44,489 nucleotides of DNA from contig JBBRUX010000034.1 in assembly GCA_038247415.1 (NCBI GenBank), forward strand, positions 1 to 44,489. Direction: 5' to 3'. The stretch comes from Chitinivibrionales bacterium (GTDB taxonomy: Bacteria > Fibrobacterota > Chitinivibrionia > Chitinivibrionales > WJKA01). Shown here piece by piece: positions 30,072 to 39,088 of the stretch (position 1 is its first letter; every line of letters begins with the position of its first letter). Under the pieces are notes generated by a model. The model was not told where the DNA came from. It did no database searches and saw nothing but the letters and a program-made list of their open reading frames with translations. The position numbers and the translations under genes were made by a program.

Positions 30072-31328
30072 TTATTCTCCAAAAAGTGTACGGTATTCCT
30101 GATTTGATTGTAATTGTGCAGTGTGTCGAATTGTGTCAACTTCATCGAAATGGTTTAAAAGGGTGTCGATGATTTTTCCATCGAGTGCTGCAGCATGCTG
30201 CATGGTTTTCAAAATAGAAACCACCTCAGATTTTTTCATGGCGCTTCGATATGGTCTGTCTTCTGCTAAAGCGGTAAAGACATCTGACACACACATAATA
30301 CGTGAACCAAAGGGAATTGTCTCGCTTGTATGATGAAATGGATAGCCTTTTCCATCGAGACGTTCGTGATGAAATGTTCCCCATTGATTGATTGTTTCAA
30401 AATTGGGGATCGTATCTAAAATGCGAAATCCGTGATACGTATGACTGCGAATAACATTGAATTCGGTAGGGGTGAGCTTGCCTGTTTTTTCGAGAATTTC
30501 GGAGGGAATGGCTAGTTTGCCAAGGTCGTGTAGGTATCCTGCAATGCGCATGATCTTGCTCTCACGCGCAGAAAATCCACATAAATACGACAAATACGAT
30601 GATGTTGCAGCAACCCCGCTGGAATGCGTTGCAGTAAAGGCACTACGAAAATCGATAATTTTTGCATACAGCATCGCAAGATCATTGAGTTGTGTCATGT
30701 CAAGAGATACCGTTTTAAGACGCGCAGATTGGCGCAAAATCCTAAAAATAGAGCCACTCGTTGCATCAAGCCAGAAATACTCACGTTCGGCTATTCTGAG
30801 AAAAGCATCTACTACTACAGGCGCGAATTGTGTGCCACTTTTTTCCTTAGCACGAGCAACAATGCCCGGCACCTGTCCCAGTATTTCTTCGTTTTTGTTG
30901 ATACACACCGCAACTCGATCGGCGAGGTGGAGGATTAAACTTGAGAGCGGAACAGGGTTGCCATTACTTTCTTGTGTCAATGTATCAAAGCTGTCATGAT
31001 GGTGCCGTATGGTAGGGGCCAAATGGGCAAGAGGGCCAAAAATGCTTATGAGACGTGCGCCATATTCGGCATGACGATCTTGAATATCGGTTTCGAAATT
31101 GAGTAAGTCAAGTCTTTGTGCAAGAGAAAGAGCCCCAATATCGTGGAGGGCGCCTGCAAGAATAATATCTTTCTGGTCATCAAGCGATTGACCAAGTTCC
31201 GCAGAAATCATGTAGGCAATATAGGCAACATGCTTATGATGGCTCATTAGCGATGGACTAATAAGATCTATCGCATCGGCAAGGCACACCACAAGATCAA
31301 AGAGAAAAATTTGGGGATCGCGAATCAT
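30072..31328 (-). CDS. tandem HD/HD-GYP cyclic-dinucleotide phosphodiesterase
   Basis: First HD domain (HHKHVA, LHDIG, HHHD, LAD); second domain THS..VA, LHDLGK, HHERLDGKGYP, D.F.AL..DRPYR. Confidence 0.92.
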   Translation of the reverse strand: MIRDPQIFLFDLVVCLADAIDLISPSLMSHHKHVAYIAYMISAELGQSLDDQKDIILAGALHDIGALSLAQRLDLLNFETDIQDRHAEYGARLISIFGPLAHLAPTIRHHHDSFDTLTQESNGNPVPLSSLILHLADRVAVCINKNEEILGQVPGIVARAKEKSGTQFAPVVVDAFLRIAEREYFWLDATSGSIFRILRQSARLKTVSLDMTQLNDLAMLYAKIIDFRSAFTATHSSGVAATSSYLSYLCGFSARESKIMRIAGYLHDLGKLAIPSEILEKTGKLTPTEFNVIRSHTYHGFRILDTIPNFETINQWGTFHHERLDGKGYPFHHTSETIPFGSRIMCVSDVFTALAEDRPYRSAMKKSEVVSILKTMQHAAALDGKIIDTLLNHFDEVDTIRHTAQLQSNQEYRTLFGE

Positions 31329-31355
31329 ACCTGTTCCTTCATTTATATTAGTTTA

Positions 31356-31384
31356 AATATACTGTACAGGCGAACAGTATTCAA
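31356..31384 (-). promoter_or_regulatory. sigma70 promoter with overlapping LexA (SOS) box
   Basis: Minus strand TTGAAT-N17-TATATT; palindrome ATACTGT-acaggcga-ACAGTAT at 31359-31380. Confidence 0.85.
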
Positions 31385-31391
31385 TAAAAAC

Positions 31392-32213
31392 TTATTGTTC
31401 GTCGATTACAGTAGAATCTTCGGTGGTATCCCGCGGTGGGGGAAGATTTGTTATCAGTGTATAATCGGTGTCACGAAGTTGGCCACGAAGATAGAGATTT
31501 GTGGCAATCATTGAGAGCCGTTTGCTCATACAGAGGGTTTTTGAGGTTTTAGGAGAAAGCTTTTCGGGCATTGCCAATACAGCAGCCATACGGGCCGACT
31601 CGTACTGTGTCAATTTGCGGCTCGATTTACCAAAATAGAGTTGCGTTGCTGCCTCGCATCCAAAAATATCCGGGCCCCATTGCGCATAGTTGAGGTATAA
31701 TTCAAGAATTCTTTTTTTGCCAAGAATCTGTTCCAATAAAACGGTGTAAAAAAGTTCTTGGTATTTACGCGAAAATGTCCGGTCGCTTTTTAAAAAGAGA
31801 TTTTTAGCAAGCTGTTGAGTTATTGTGCTTGCGCCCCGCTTAATGCTATTATGAGACCGGTTATATTGCATCGCTTCGAGCATTGCTTCGAGGTCAAATC
31901 CCGGATGTGAATAAAAGCCATCGTCCTCAGCAGCAAGCACTGCAGAAAGAAGGCTTGGCGCAATAGAATCGATGGGGATAAAAATCTGCTTCTGTGCAAA
32001 GGGGAGATTGCGCAATTTTTTTGTCGCTTCATAGTTTTTCATGAAGGAAGTTTGCAATGGGTTGTGTGTCGAGAGTCCTTTTACCTGCTTGATAGGTGCA
32101 TAAACAATGGTTCCTAAATAGCAGAGCCCTATGGTTGCGGCAAGGGAAAAAAGAATTGCATAAACAATAAAGGTGTTCCAGATTATTTTGAGAATCAGAC
32201 GCAAGATTTTCAT
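31392..32213 (-). CDS. mtgA: monofunctional biosynthetic peptidoglycan transglycosylase (GT51)
   Basis: EDDGFYSH.G, RGASTITQQLAKNLFL, RK..E, K.RILELYLN; no transpeptidase domain. Confidence 0.9.
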   Translation of the reverse strand: MKILRLILKIIWNTFIVYAILFSLAATIGLCYLGTIVYAPIKQVKGLSTHNPLQTSFMKNYEATKKLRNLPFAQKQIFIPIDSIAPSLLSAVLAAEDDGFYSHPGFDLEAMLEAMQYNRSHNSIKRGASTITQQLAKNLFLKSDRTFSRKYQELFYTVLLEQILGKKRILELYLNYAQWGPDIFGCEAATQLYFGKSSRKLTQYESARMAAVLAMPEKLSPKTSKTLCMSKRLSMIATNLYLRGQLRDTDYTLITNLPPPRDTTEDSTVIDEQ

Positions 32214-32340
32214 GCAGTAAGCCAATCAGGGTAGGGGTAGAGTTTGCACGGCATAGCATATCATAATGTTATGGGGATTTAAAAATTAAGTGATTGCAGG
32301 GGGAATTAAAAATAAATAAGAAACAGAAAAGTAATACGTA

Positions 32341-32445
32341 AGAATTTGGGCGTTCCAGCTTCGCTGTCGGGCCTCACCCCTTTGGGTGCCCGGAGGGGTG
32401 TGCCGTAGCGGCTCCCGACGGTGGCAACCGTGGCGCCCAGGGTTT
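32341..32445. repeat. GC-rich REP-like intergenic element
   Basis: GGGCGTTCCAGCTTCGCTGTCGGGCC followed by hairpin CACCC-CTTT-GGGTG in an AT-rich spacer; ACCCCTTTGGGT matches window positions 1-12 at 11/12. Confidence 0.5.
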
Positions 32446-32507
32446 AATGAAGAATTTTTTTAGAAGTTGGGCGTCCAAAATCAGATTTTAAATGTAGGGA
32501 TTTTAGC

Positions 32508-33083
32508 ATGATAAAAATAAAACCACTTTATGTAATTGCCGTACTACTGTATGCTGGAATATCTGGTGCGTTTGGGGGGCAAAAGATGGAAGCCGTAACG
32601 GTTACGCCCGCGTATGCCCAGCCCGATAAACAACTTCTCCCTTCGGGGTATTTTAATAAGAGTGAGAAGGTGGAGATCGATTCTTCCTTGGTTGATTCAA
32701 TGGGAGTGGCTTGGATGCGCGCTCGAAATCAAAATTCTCTTGTTTGGATACTGGCTTCAACACTTCGCCCCGTTTCCACCGATACCTTAGAGGCAGCGCA
32801 AACAGGTACCGTTTCCCCTATTGATATGGCACGCCGCAATGAGGCACTCAAAGCGAATGCTTCGTGGCCACGGCGCATGAGAAAAGCAATTCATAATGGT
32901 CGCATTTGTCTGGATATGGATTCTGTACAACTTGTGGCATCGTGGGGGAAACCGCGTAGTATATCGCCGGCATTTGCCATAGGCTTAGGTAATCATAGTA
33001 TTTGGTACTTTGGAGAAGCGGGAGATGTTCCCTTGGTTGTCTTTATATCTAATGGTCGGGTTATTGGGTGGTCAAGCAAATAG
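32508..33083 (+). CDS. hypothetical exported protein (SH3-like N-terminal part, SmpA/OmlA-like C-terminal part)
   Basis: Signal peptide; I..G.I.L.M....L.ASWGKP...W.F.......F..NG.V pattern. Confidence 0.65.
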   Translation: MIKIKPLYVIAVLLYAGISGAFGGQKMEAVTVTPAYAQPDKQLLPSGYFNKSEKVEIDSSLVDSMGVAWMRARNQNSLVWILASTLRPVSTDTLEAAQTGTVSPIDMARRNEALKANASWPRRMRKAIHNGRICLDMDSVQLVASWGKPRSISPAFAIGLGNHSIWYFGEAGDVPLVVFISNGRVIGWSSK

Positions 33084-33105
33084 CATGAGCTACCCAAAAG
33101 GTACA

Positions 33106-33477
33106 TTATAGGTGTTTACGGGTAAGATTTGGGAGATCGCCAATGGAAGTTGCCATAGCTAAAATGCTGTTAAAGTGTATATTTTCAATCATTTCACGCA
33201 TTTCGATACTCGGAGAAAGAATAGCAAGCATTCCTTTGTTTTTTCGTAGGGGATCCAGGCACTGGATAATAACCGACAACGATTTTGTAAAGAGATAGGT
33301 TCGGGGAGTAAAAAGCAGCGCAATCAATAATGTTCCGGATGCAATTTTATCAAGAATGCACCGTCTAAGAGAGTCGAGATTTGTATTCATACCAATATCA
33401 TACAGAACTTCAATGATAAGAAATCCTGACCCAGGGTCGGTATATACTCTATGCGAAAGCGTTTCGTTGGTGTCCAT
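33106..33477 (-). CDS. STAS-domain (anti-sigma factor antagonist-like) protein
   Basis: About 123 aa with STAS-like pattern (I.L.F....YL....LS.II.C......G.LAI..P); RBS GAGG before ATG 33477. Confidence 0.65.
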   Translation of the reverse strand: MDTNETLSHRVYTDPGSGFLIIEVLYDIGMNTNLDSLRRCILDKIASGTLLIALLFTPRTYLFTKSLSVIIQCLDPLRKNKGMLAILSPSIEMREMIENIHFNSILAMATSIGDLPNLTRKHL

Positions 33478-33695
33478 AGGTGGTAACCTCTGGTAAAATT
33501 TTTTTTTGGGTTTCAGGTATCCTTTGTGTTTTATCAATTCTCTTGAGTATATCGCTATGGCATCAAATTTTCTGTATTAAAATGAGGTGTTCGATGCTTA
33601 GGCGTGGTTTATTCCAAAAAAGAGAATGGGACAGTGTATTTTTAATCATTCTGAAATAGTTATTCTACAACCAATTAATCAGGCTGTTTGGAAAT

Positions 33696-36203
33696 ATGGG
33701 ATCGTATAAATATACGGTGCTGCGATACCTTAAATATGGGTGGTTTGCTCTTTTTGCAGCGTACATCATTCCATTGTGTACCTTTGCAGCAACGCAAGAT
33801 TCTGCTCATTCTGGATTTTCTCTGGTGCTCTCGGGTGGTGGAGCTCGTGGCTTGGCCCAAATTGGTGTACTCAAGGCCTTTGATGAAGCGCATATCAAGC
33901 CAGCACTTATTGTTGGTAATAGTATGGGCGCTCTTGTGGGTGCACTCTATGCAGCGGGCTTATCTGCCGACAGTATTGCAAAGCAAGTGTCTTGGAACGA
34001 TTTCTACCTCAATGCGGCAAATCGTAACCAACTCTTTGTGAGCAGAAAAAATGAGGCTTCATCGTCTCTTTTTGAGGTTGTATTTGATAAAAATTTTGTT
34101 CCCGTTTTGCCAAAGGCTATTTCTAACGGTCAATCTTTTTTTGATCTCCTTGCTCCGCTTATGGCGCCCCCCATGTATCAGGCCCACGATGATTTTGATC
34201 GATTGAAAACACCTCTAAGAATTGTTACCACCGATATCGTAACCGGTAAAAAAGTGGTTTTTAAATCAGGGAATATAGCCTATGCATTGCGAGCTTCGTG
34301 TGGTGTGCCCTTCATGTTTGCGCCGGTGCCCTATGGCGAAATGCTGCTGGTTGATGGTGGGTTTGCCGAAAATTTGCCCGTTGCTACGGCACAAGAGATT
34401 TCTCACAGACCTGTTGTGGCTGTCAATGCATCGTCTCCCTTGTGGAAAAAAGACGATCTTGTAAATCCTCTCATGTTTGCCGATCAGCTCTTTGGGATTG
34501 CACTACACCCCAGAACCGATCAGATGCGCACCGATGCAGATATCCTTATCGAGCCAGATCTAGCCGGATTTCGTAACACCGATTTTACCATGACCGATTC
34601 TATTATCGAGCGGGGATATCAGGCCGGGCGCGCTGCTATCGACCGTATTCGGGAGGTATGTGGTATAGAAATAGTACCCCCCGATTCGACCGCCCGCCCT
34701 GTTCCGCGACTATCTATTGCCGGTGTTACTGTCTTGGAGCAGCGCCTTTTTGATTCGCTGTATAGTGCATATGCGCAGTCGCATACGGATATTTCTCCTC
34801 TTGCGTGTGTCGATTCTATCGGTAGCTCGTGGGCGCTTGCTTCGGGAAATGCTTTTCGAAGGGTAACCACCTGTCAGCACTATGGGGATTCGCTTGCGAT
34901 AACTATCCAGGCGGGGAAAGTGCGCAGTATTCAAGTAACGGGCAATACAAAAACGAATTCGAGAGTTATCTTGAATGCTATTCCGGTAAATATCGGGGAT
35001 ACCTTGTCAAGAGATCTCATTGCCGCGGTAATTCGGGTGCTGTATGCGACCGATCTTTTTGAGACGGTTAATGTAAGTGTTGACGCAATGGATATTCTTC
35101 ATATTTTCTTAAAAGAAAAGCTTTATCTTGGATGTCGCGGGGTACTGCGATACGATGAGTTTCATCTTCTCGAAGGTTATATAAAACCCTATTACGACAA
35201 TTTGCTCGGGATGGGGCTTAATACATCGCTTCATTTACAATACGGACTAAAACGGGAGAAATATGCAGCAGAACTGAGTGCTAATCACGCATTATTTGGG
35301 ATGGTAAATGGTTTTGCCAAAGCAAATGCCTATGTTTCCCGAGAGCATATTCGCGAAGTAATAGAGCCAACAGTGTCCGATACCGAAATTAGCTCACATT
35401 TTTTCTTGCAGGAACAAACGTTGCGCAAGGTTGGGGTTTTGGGAGTAACGGGGTTTGAGCTTGGCACAGTTTCCCAGCTTGAGGTTGGAATCAGGCTCGA
35501 ACAATTCAAGGTCCATCAATCCGATCGGAATATTTTTAGTGACCCGCTCAGTTCTTTTAAAAATGGGATACGATATCTCTTTGTGAGGTTAACCATAGAT
35601 GATCTCGATAGATTTCCCCTTCCTAGCAGAGGTCGCCGGTATTCGATGGTTCTGGGGGGAGCGCACGATGCACTTGGCGGTACAGAAAGCTTTCTTAAAA
35701 CCTCTGGAACTTTTCTTCGTTTTATCCCGTTAGGTTTACGTCATACGATTTCATTGCGCAGCGTGGTGGCTTGGGCAAATCGACAGCTTCCCGATGTAGA
35801 ACGCGTCTTCATGGGGGGCTTAATTCCTTTCGAGAAGTATCAGGATTTGGCAGTCTATAATTACGTTTCATTTATGGGATTACAGCCGCGAGCATTGCCG
35901 GGCGATGACGTGCTCTTGGGTGAAATTGCGTATCGCTATTCTTTTGCTAAAAATCTGGATTTAACCACTACGCTCGATTGGGGACAAGTTTGGGACTTTC
36001 AAGATTTCTCCTTCTCTAGAAGCAGTCTTGATGATATTATTAAAGCAGGTCCAATTGGTTTAGGGCTTAGTATTGCATATGGAAGCCCAATAGGTCCAAT
36101 TCGTGGCGGATGGGGGAGAATTATCGGCAATACACGTGCCCTTTCGGCCAAGGGAATTTCTGACAATAATGTATTTTATTTATCCGTAGGTTACGATTTT
36201 TAA
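33696..36203 (+). CDS. patatin-like phospholipase fused to POTRA and Omp85-type barrel (PlpD-like)
   Basis: Signal peptide; LSGGGARG, GNSMG, DGG; POTRA I.V.GN.KT...VI; C-terminal SPIGPI...FYLSVGYDF. Confidence 0.9.
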   Translation: MGSYKYTVLRYLKYGWFALFAAYIIPLCTFAATQDSAHSGFSLVLSGGGARGLAQIGVLKAFDEAHIKPALIVGNSMGALVGALYAAGLSADSIAKQVSWNDFYLNAANRNQLFVSRKNEASSSLFEVVFDKNFVPVLPKAISNGQSFFDLLAPLMAPPMYQAHDDFDRLKTPLRIVTTDIVTGKKVVFKSGNIAYALRASCGVPFMFAPVPYGEMLLVDGGFAENLPVATAQEISHRPVVAVNASSPLWKKDDLVNPLMFADQLFGIALHPRTDQMRTDADILIEPDLAGFRNTDFTMTDSIIERGYQAGRAAIDRIREVCGIEIVPPDSTARPVPRLSIAGVTVLEQRLFDSLYSAYAQSHTDISPLACVDSIGSSWALASGNAFRRVTTCQHYGDSLAITIQAGKVRSIQVTGNTKTNSRVILNAIPVNIGDTLSRDLIAAVIRVLYATDLFETVNVSVDAMDILHIFLKEKLYLGCRGVLRYDEFHLLEGYIKPYYDNLLGMGLNTSLHLQYGLKREKYAAELSANHALFGMVNGFAKANAYVSREHIREVIEPTVSDTEISSHFFLQEQTLRKVGVLGVTGFELGTVSQLEVGIRLEQFKVHQSDRNIFSDPLSSFKNGIRYLFVRLTIDDLDRFPLPSRGRRYSMVLGGAHDALGGTESFLKTSGTFLRFIPLGLRHTISLRSVVAWANRQLPDVERVFMGGLIPFEKYQDLAVYNYVSFMGLQPRALPGDDVLLGEIAYRYSFAKNLDLTTTLDWGQVWDFQDFSFSRSSLDDIIKAGPIGLGLSIAYGSPIGPIRGGWGRIIGNTRALSAKGISDNNVFYLSVGYDF

Positions 36204-36227
36204 AAGGCTTAGAGAAATAGAGCATTC

Positions 36228-37355
36228 ATGCGTATAGGTATTGCACTAAAAGTTTTTATTGGTTTTCTTATTATTATATCGCTCAATGCGACCTATGTCT
36301 TTTTTGCGTATCGGCTCTCGGCACTTAATAGCATTGCGCATATTCTTAAAAAGCAGGATCGTATTGCACAAAGTTTTTTGCGCGTTGGTACCCTCCACGA
36401 AAAACGTAAGAAAAACCTCCTGGTATATACCCAGTTGCATAAAGAGGAATCCTATGCAACTTTTATTGAGGTGTCAAGAACTATCGAACGCATATTCGAT
36501 ACCCTCAGTATCGAGCTTGACAGTATAGCTTCGCTCGATTCGGTTTCCAATGGGGGAGTTTACCACGAAAGCCCCATTCTTGAATCCCTTGTTGATCAAA
36601 TGCGCAATGGTATAACCGTCGACAATAAAAACTATATCAATCTGGTGCCACAGCTAAGTATAAGCGAAAGTCCCGAAAACGCCCTGCAACCTACCATCAT
36701 CCCTGTGGCAAAAGGTCGAACAGCCATCGAGATGGCCGATTCGGCATTTCGACAAAGCCTTTTGCGTATTAATGAAACCATAGACAAAGAGACTCAACAG
36801 CGCATTAAAGAGATCGAATCGCGCATTGGCGATGCCAATAAAACCATGACCATTGTTGTTGCAGGCACATCGCTTTTTGCCATTATATTCGCGCTTCTTT
36901 TTTCGGGCGCCATAACGCGTCAACTGCGTAAGCTCAAGCAATCTGCGCAATACATTGGAAAAGGCAATTTTTATTTTGACCCACGTGGATATGCCAAAGA
37001 CGAAATCGGTGACCTCGCGACAGCGTTTTTTGATATGGCCCTCGATCTTAAAAAGGCACAGGAAGAACTTGTCAAAACTAAACGGCTGGCAGCAATAGGA
37101 GAGATTGTTGCATCGGTAAACCATGAAATTAATAATCCGCTCATGATCATTTCGGGGAATGCTCAATTTCTGGAAATGATGCTTACCGAGAACGCCCCCG
37201 AGGAATTGCGCGAGCGAATCCGTATTATCCTCGAAGAAACCGATCGCATCTCTCAGGTAACTAAGAAATTACGAGAAATCAGGACTCCTGTTGTTGAGGA
37301 TTATACCTCAAGCGGAGAACAGATGATTAATCTTGATAAGTCAACCCGTGCATAA
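36228..37355 (+). CDS. membrane sensor with HAMP and HisKA (DHp) domains but no HATPase domain
   Basis: Two TM segments; DEIGDLA.AF HAMP; SVNHEINNPL H-box; protein ends about 75 aa later without N/G1/F/G2 boxes. Confidence 0.85.
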   Translation: MRIGIALKVFIGFLIIISLNATYVFFAYRLSALNSIAHILKKQDRIAQSFLRVGTLHEKRKKNLLVYTQLHKEESYATFIEVSRTIERIFDTLSIELDSIASLDSVSNGGVYHESPILESLVDQMRNGITVDNKNYINLVPQLSISESPENALQPTIIPVAKGRTAIEMADSAFRQSLLRINETIDKETQQRIKEIESRIGDANKTMTIVVAGTSLFAIIFALLFSGAITRQLRKLKQSAQYIGKGNFYFDPRGYAKDEIGDLATAFFDMALDLKKAQEELVKTKRLAAIGEIVASVNHEINNPLMIISGNAQFLEMMLTENAPEELRERIRIILEETDRISQVTKKLREIRTPVVEDYTSSGEQMINLDKSTRA

Positions 37356-37359
37356 GTTT

Positions 37360-37923
37360 ATGAAAAATTTTTTAAACGCGCTCATACCTTGTTTTCTTGT
37401 TATGGGATTGGTTGGGTGTGCAGGCCGTTTTGTAACAACAACCGATAAAGAACTCCAAACGGCAGACTCTCTTTTTTATACCGCAGGTAACTATACTCAC
37501 GCACGTCTCAATTATTTAGGGCTCGTAACCTCACGCTATCGCGGAGAAACTGCCGAAAAAGCTCAGTTTATGTTGGGGTATGTTAATGTTTTCTACGATA
37601 ACCCCTTTGCAGATCGGAGCGCTGCTGTTCGGGAATTTGAGGTTTACCAGTCGAAATACGCTTCGGGGAAACGAATCGACGAAGTGAATTCCTGGCTTGT
37701 TTTGTTGCACCAATTGCAGTCGTATCAAGATGGTTACGACTCTGCTAAATTGGTTCTTAAAAAATGCGAAGAGTCTACCTCTAATAGTTCTCGTACTTCA
37801 AGCCTCCTCACTAATGCCGTGCTTCGTTCCGAATTAGTTAATGACTCTTTGCTCAAACAAATCGAAATGTATAAAATGAAAGTTACCACTCTCGAAGATC
37901 TTATCCGGACTCTCTCAAAATGA
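37360..37923 (+). CDS. TPR/BamD-like helical lipoprotein
   Basis: Lipobox LVG-C; A.F.LG......DNP..D...A...F..Y...Y..G; coiled-coil tail. Confidence 0.75.
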   Translation: MKNFLNALIPCFLVMGLVGCAGRFVTTTDKELQTADSLFYTAGNYTHARLNYLGLVTSRYRGETAEKAQFMLGYVNVFYDNPFADRSAAVREFEVYQSKYASGKRIDEVNSWLVLLHQLQSYQDGYDSAKLVLKKCEESTSNSSRTSSLLTNAVLRSELVNDSLLKQIEMYKMKVTTLEDLIRTLSK

Positions 37924-39074
37924 AACACAAGCTTGTGTCTACAGTTCTGCCTCTACGATTGGATCTGCCCCCCCTCACTACAGTGGTTATTAAAATTGGA
38001 AGCCGAATCGTTGCAGAAGGCACTGTTGTGGCCTGTCAATCGCGTATGCGCACTCTGGTAGAAGATGTTGTTGCGCTCCGAAATAGTGGCATACGGGTTG
38101 TTGTGGTTTGCAGCGGTGCAATCGCACATGGTATGAAGGCTTTAGGCCTAGAAAAACGGCCAAAAAATATTCCTGACAAGCAAGCCTGTGCAGCAATTGG
38201 TCAATATCGGCTCATGGAGAGTTTTCAAACTCTGTTTGCACCGCAAAAAATTGCAGTGGGGCAGGTGTTACTTACCTGGGATGATCTTCGCGATAAGCAA
38301 CGGTACCTTAATTTACGTAATACATTGTACACACTTCTCGATTATGGCGTTGTACCAATTATCAACGAAAATGATTCGGTAGGTGTAGAAGAAATTCGAT
38401 TTGGCAATAACGACCTATTGGGCGCGCAAATAGCTTTGCTAGCTCAGGCCGATCTGTATGTCATGCTTACCGATGTCAATGGCCTCTACTCCGATAACCC
38501 AACAAGCAATAAAGGGGCGATACATTTTCCTGTTGTCGAAAAGCTCGATGCGCATGTTGTAGCTATGGCGAAGGCTAAGGGAAGTGAACTTTCGGTTGGC
38601 GGTATGGCAACTAAGCTTTCGGCAGCTGATCTTGTATGTAAAGCAGGCATGCCAGCGCTTATTGGGAATGGTTTTAGCACAAGGCTCTCTGCCATGATGA
38701 AAGACACTCTTTTATCGACTTTGTTTTTGCCGCGTACTGTTAAGATGAACTCTCGTGATCGATGGATTGCCTTTGCGGGAAAACCTCGCGGCATCTTGCA
38801 TATAGATGGCGGAGCAACTAAAGCCCTTGTGGAAAAAGGCAAAAGTTTGCTTCCAGCGGGGATCCTTTCGGTAACGGGAACCTTTGGTGTTGGGGATATG
38901 GTATCCATGGTAGATCCCGACAATGTCGTACGCGGTTCTGGCCTTGTCAATTACACTGCCGATGATATCCGGCGCATAAAAGGTATGAGTACGCTTGCGG
39001 TTAAAACTATATTAGGAAATATACGTTCTTCAGATGAAGTGGTTCATCGAGACAATCTGGTTGTTCTTGGATAA
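37920..39074 (+). CDS. proB: glutamate 5-kinase
   Basis: VVIKIGS, SGAI, PIINENDSV, FGNND, GGM.TK; C-terminal PUA domain (GKSLLPAGI, VHRDNLV). Confidence 0.96.
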   Translation: MKHKLVSTVLPLRLDLPPLTTVVIKIGSRIVAEGTVVACQSRMRTLVEDVVALRNSGIRVVVVCSGAIAHGMKALGLEKRPKNIPDKQACAAIGQYRLMESFQTLFAPQKIAVGQVLLTWDDLRDKQRYLNLRNTLYTLLDYGVVPIINENDSVGVEEIRFGNNDLLGAQIALLAQADLYVMLTDVNGLYSDNPTSNKGAIHFPVVEKLDAHVVAMAKAKGSELSVGGMATKLSAADLVCKAGMPALIGNGFSTRLSAMMKDTLLSTLFLPRTVKMNSRDRWIAFAGKPRGILHIDGGATKALVEKGKSLLPAGILSVTGTFGVGDMVSMVDPDNVVRGSGLVNYTADDIRRIKGMSTLAVKTILGNIRSSDEVVHRDNLVVLG

Positions 39075-39088
39075 TTTATGGAGGGGTC

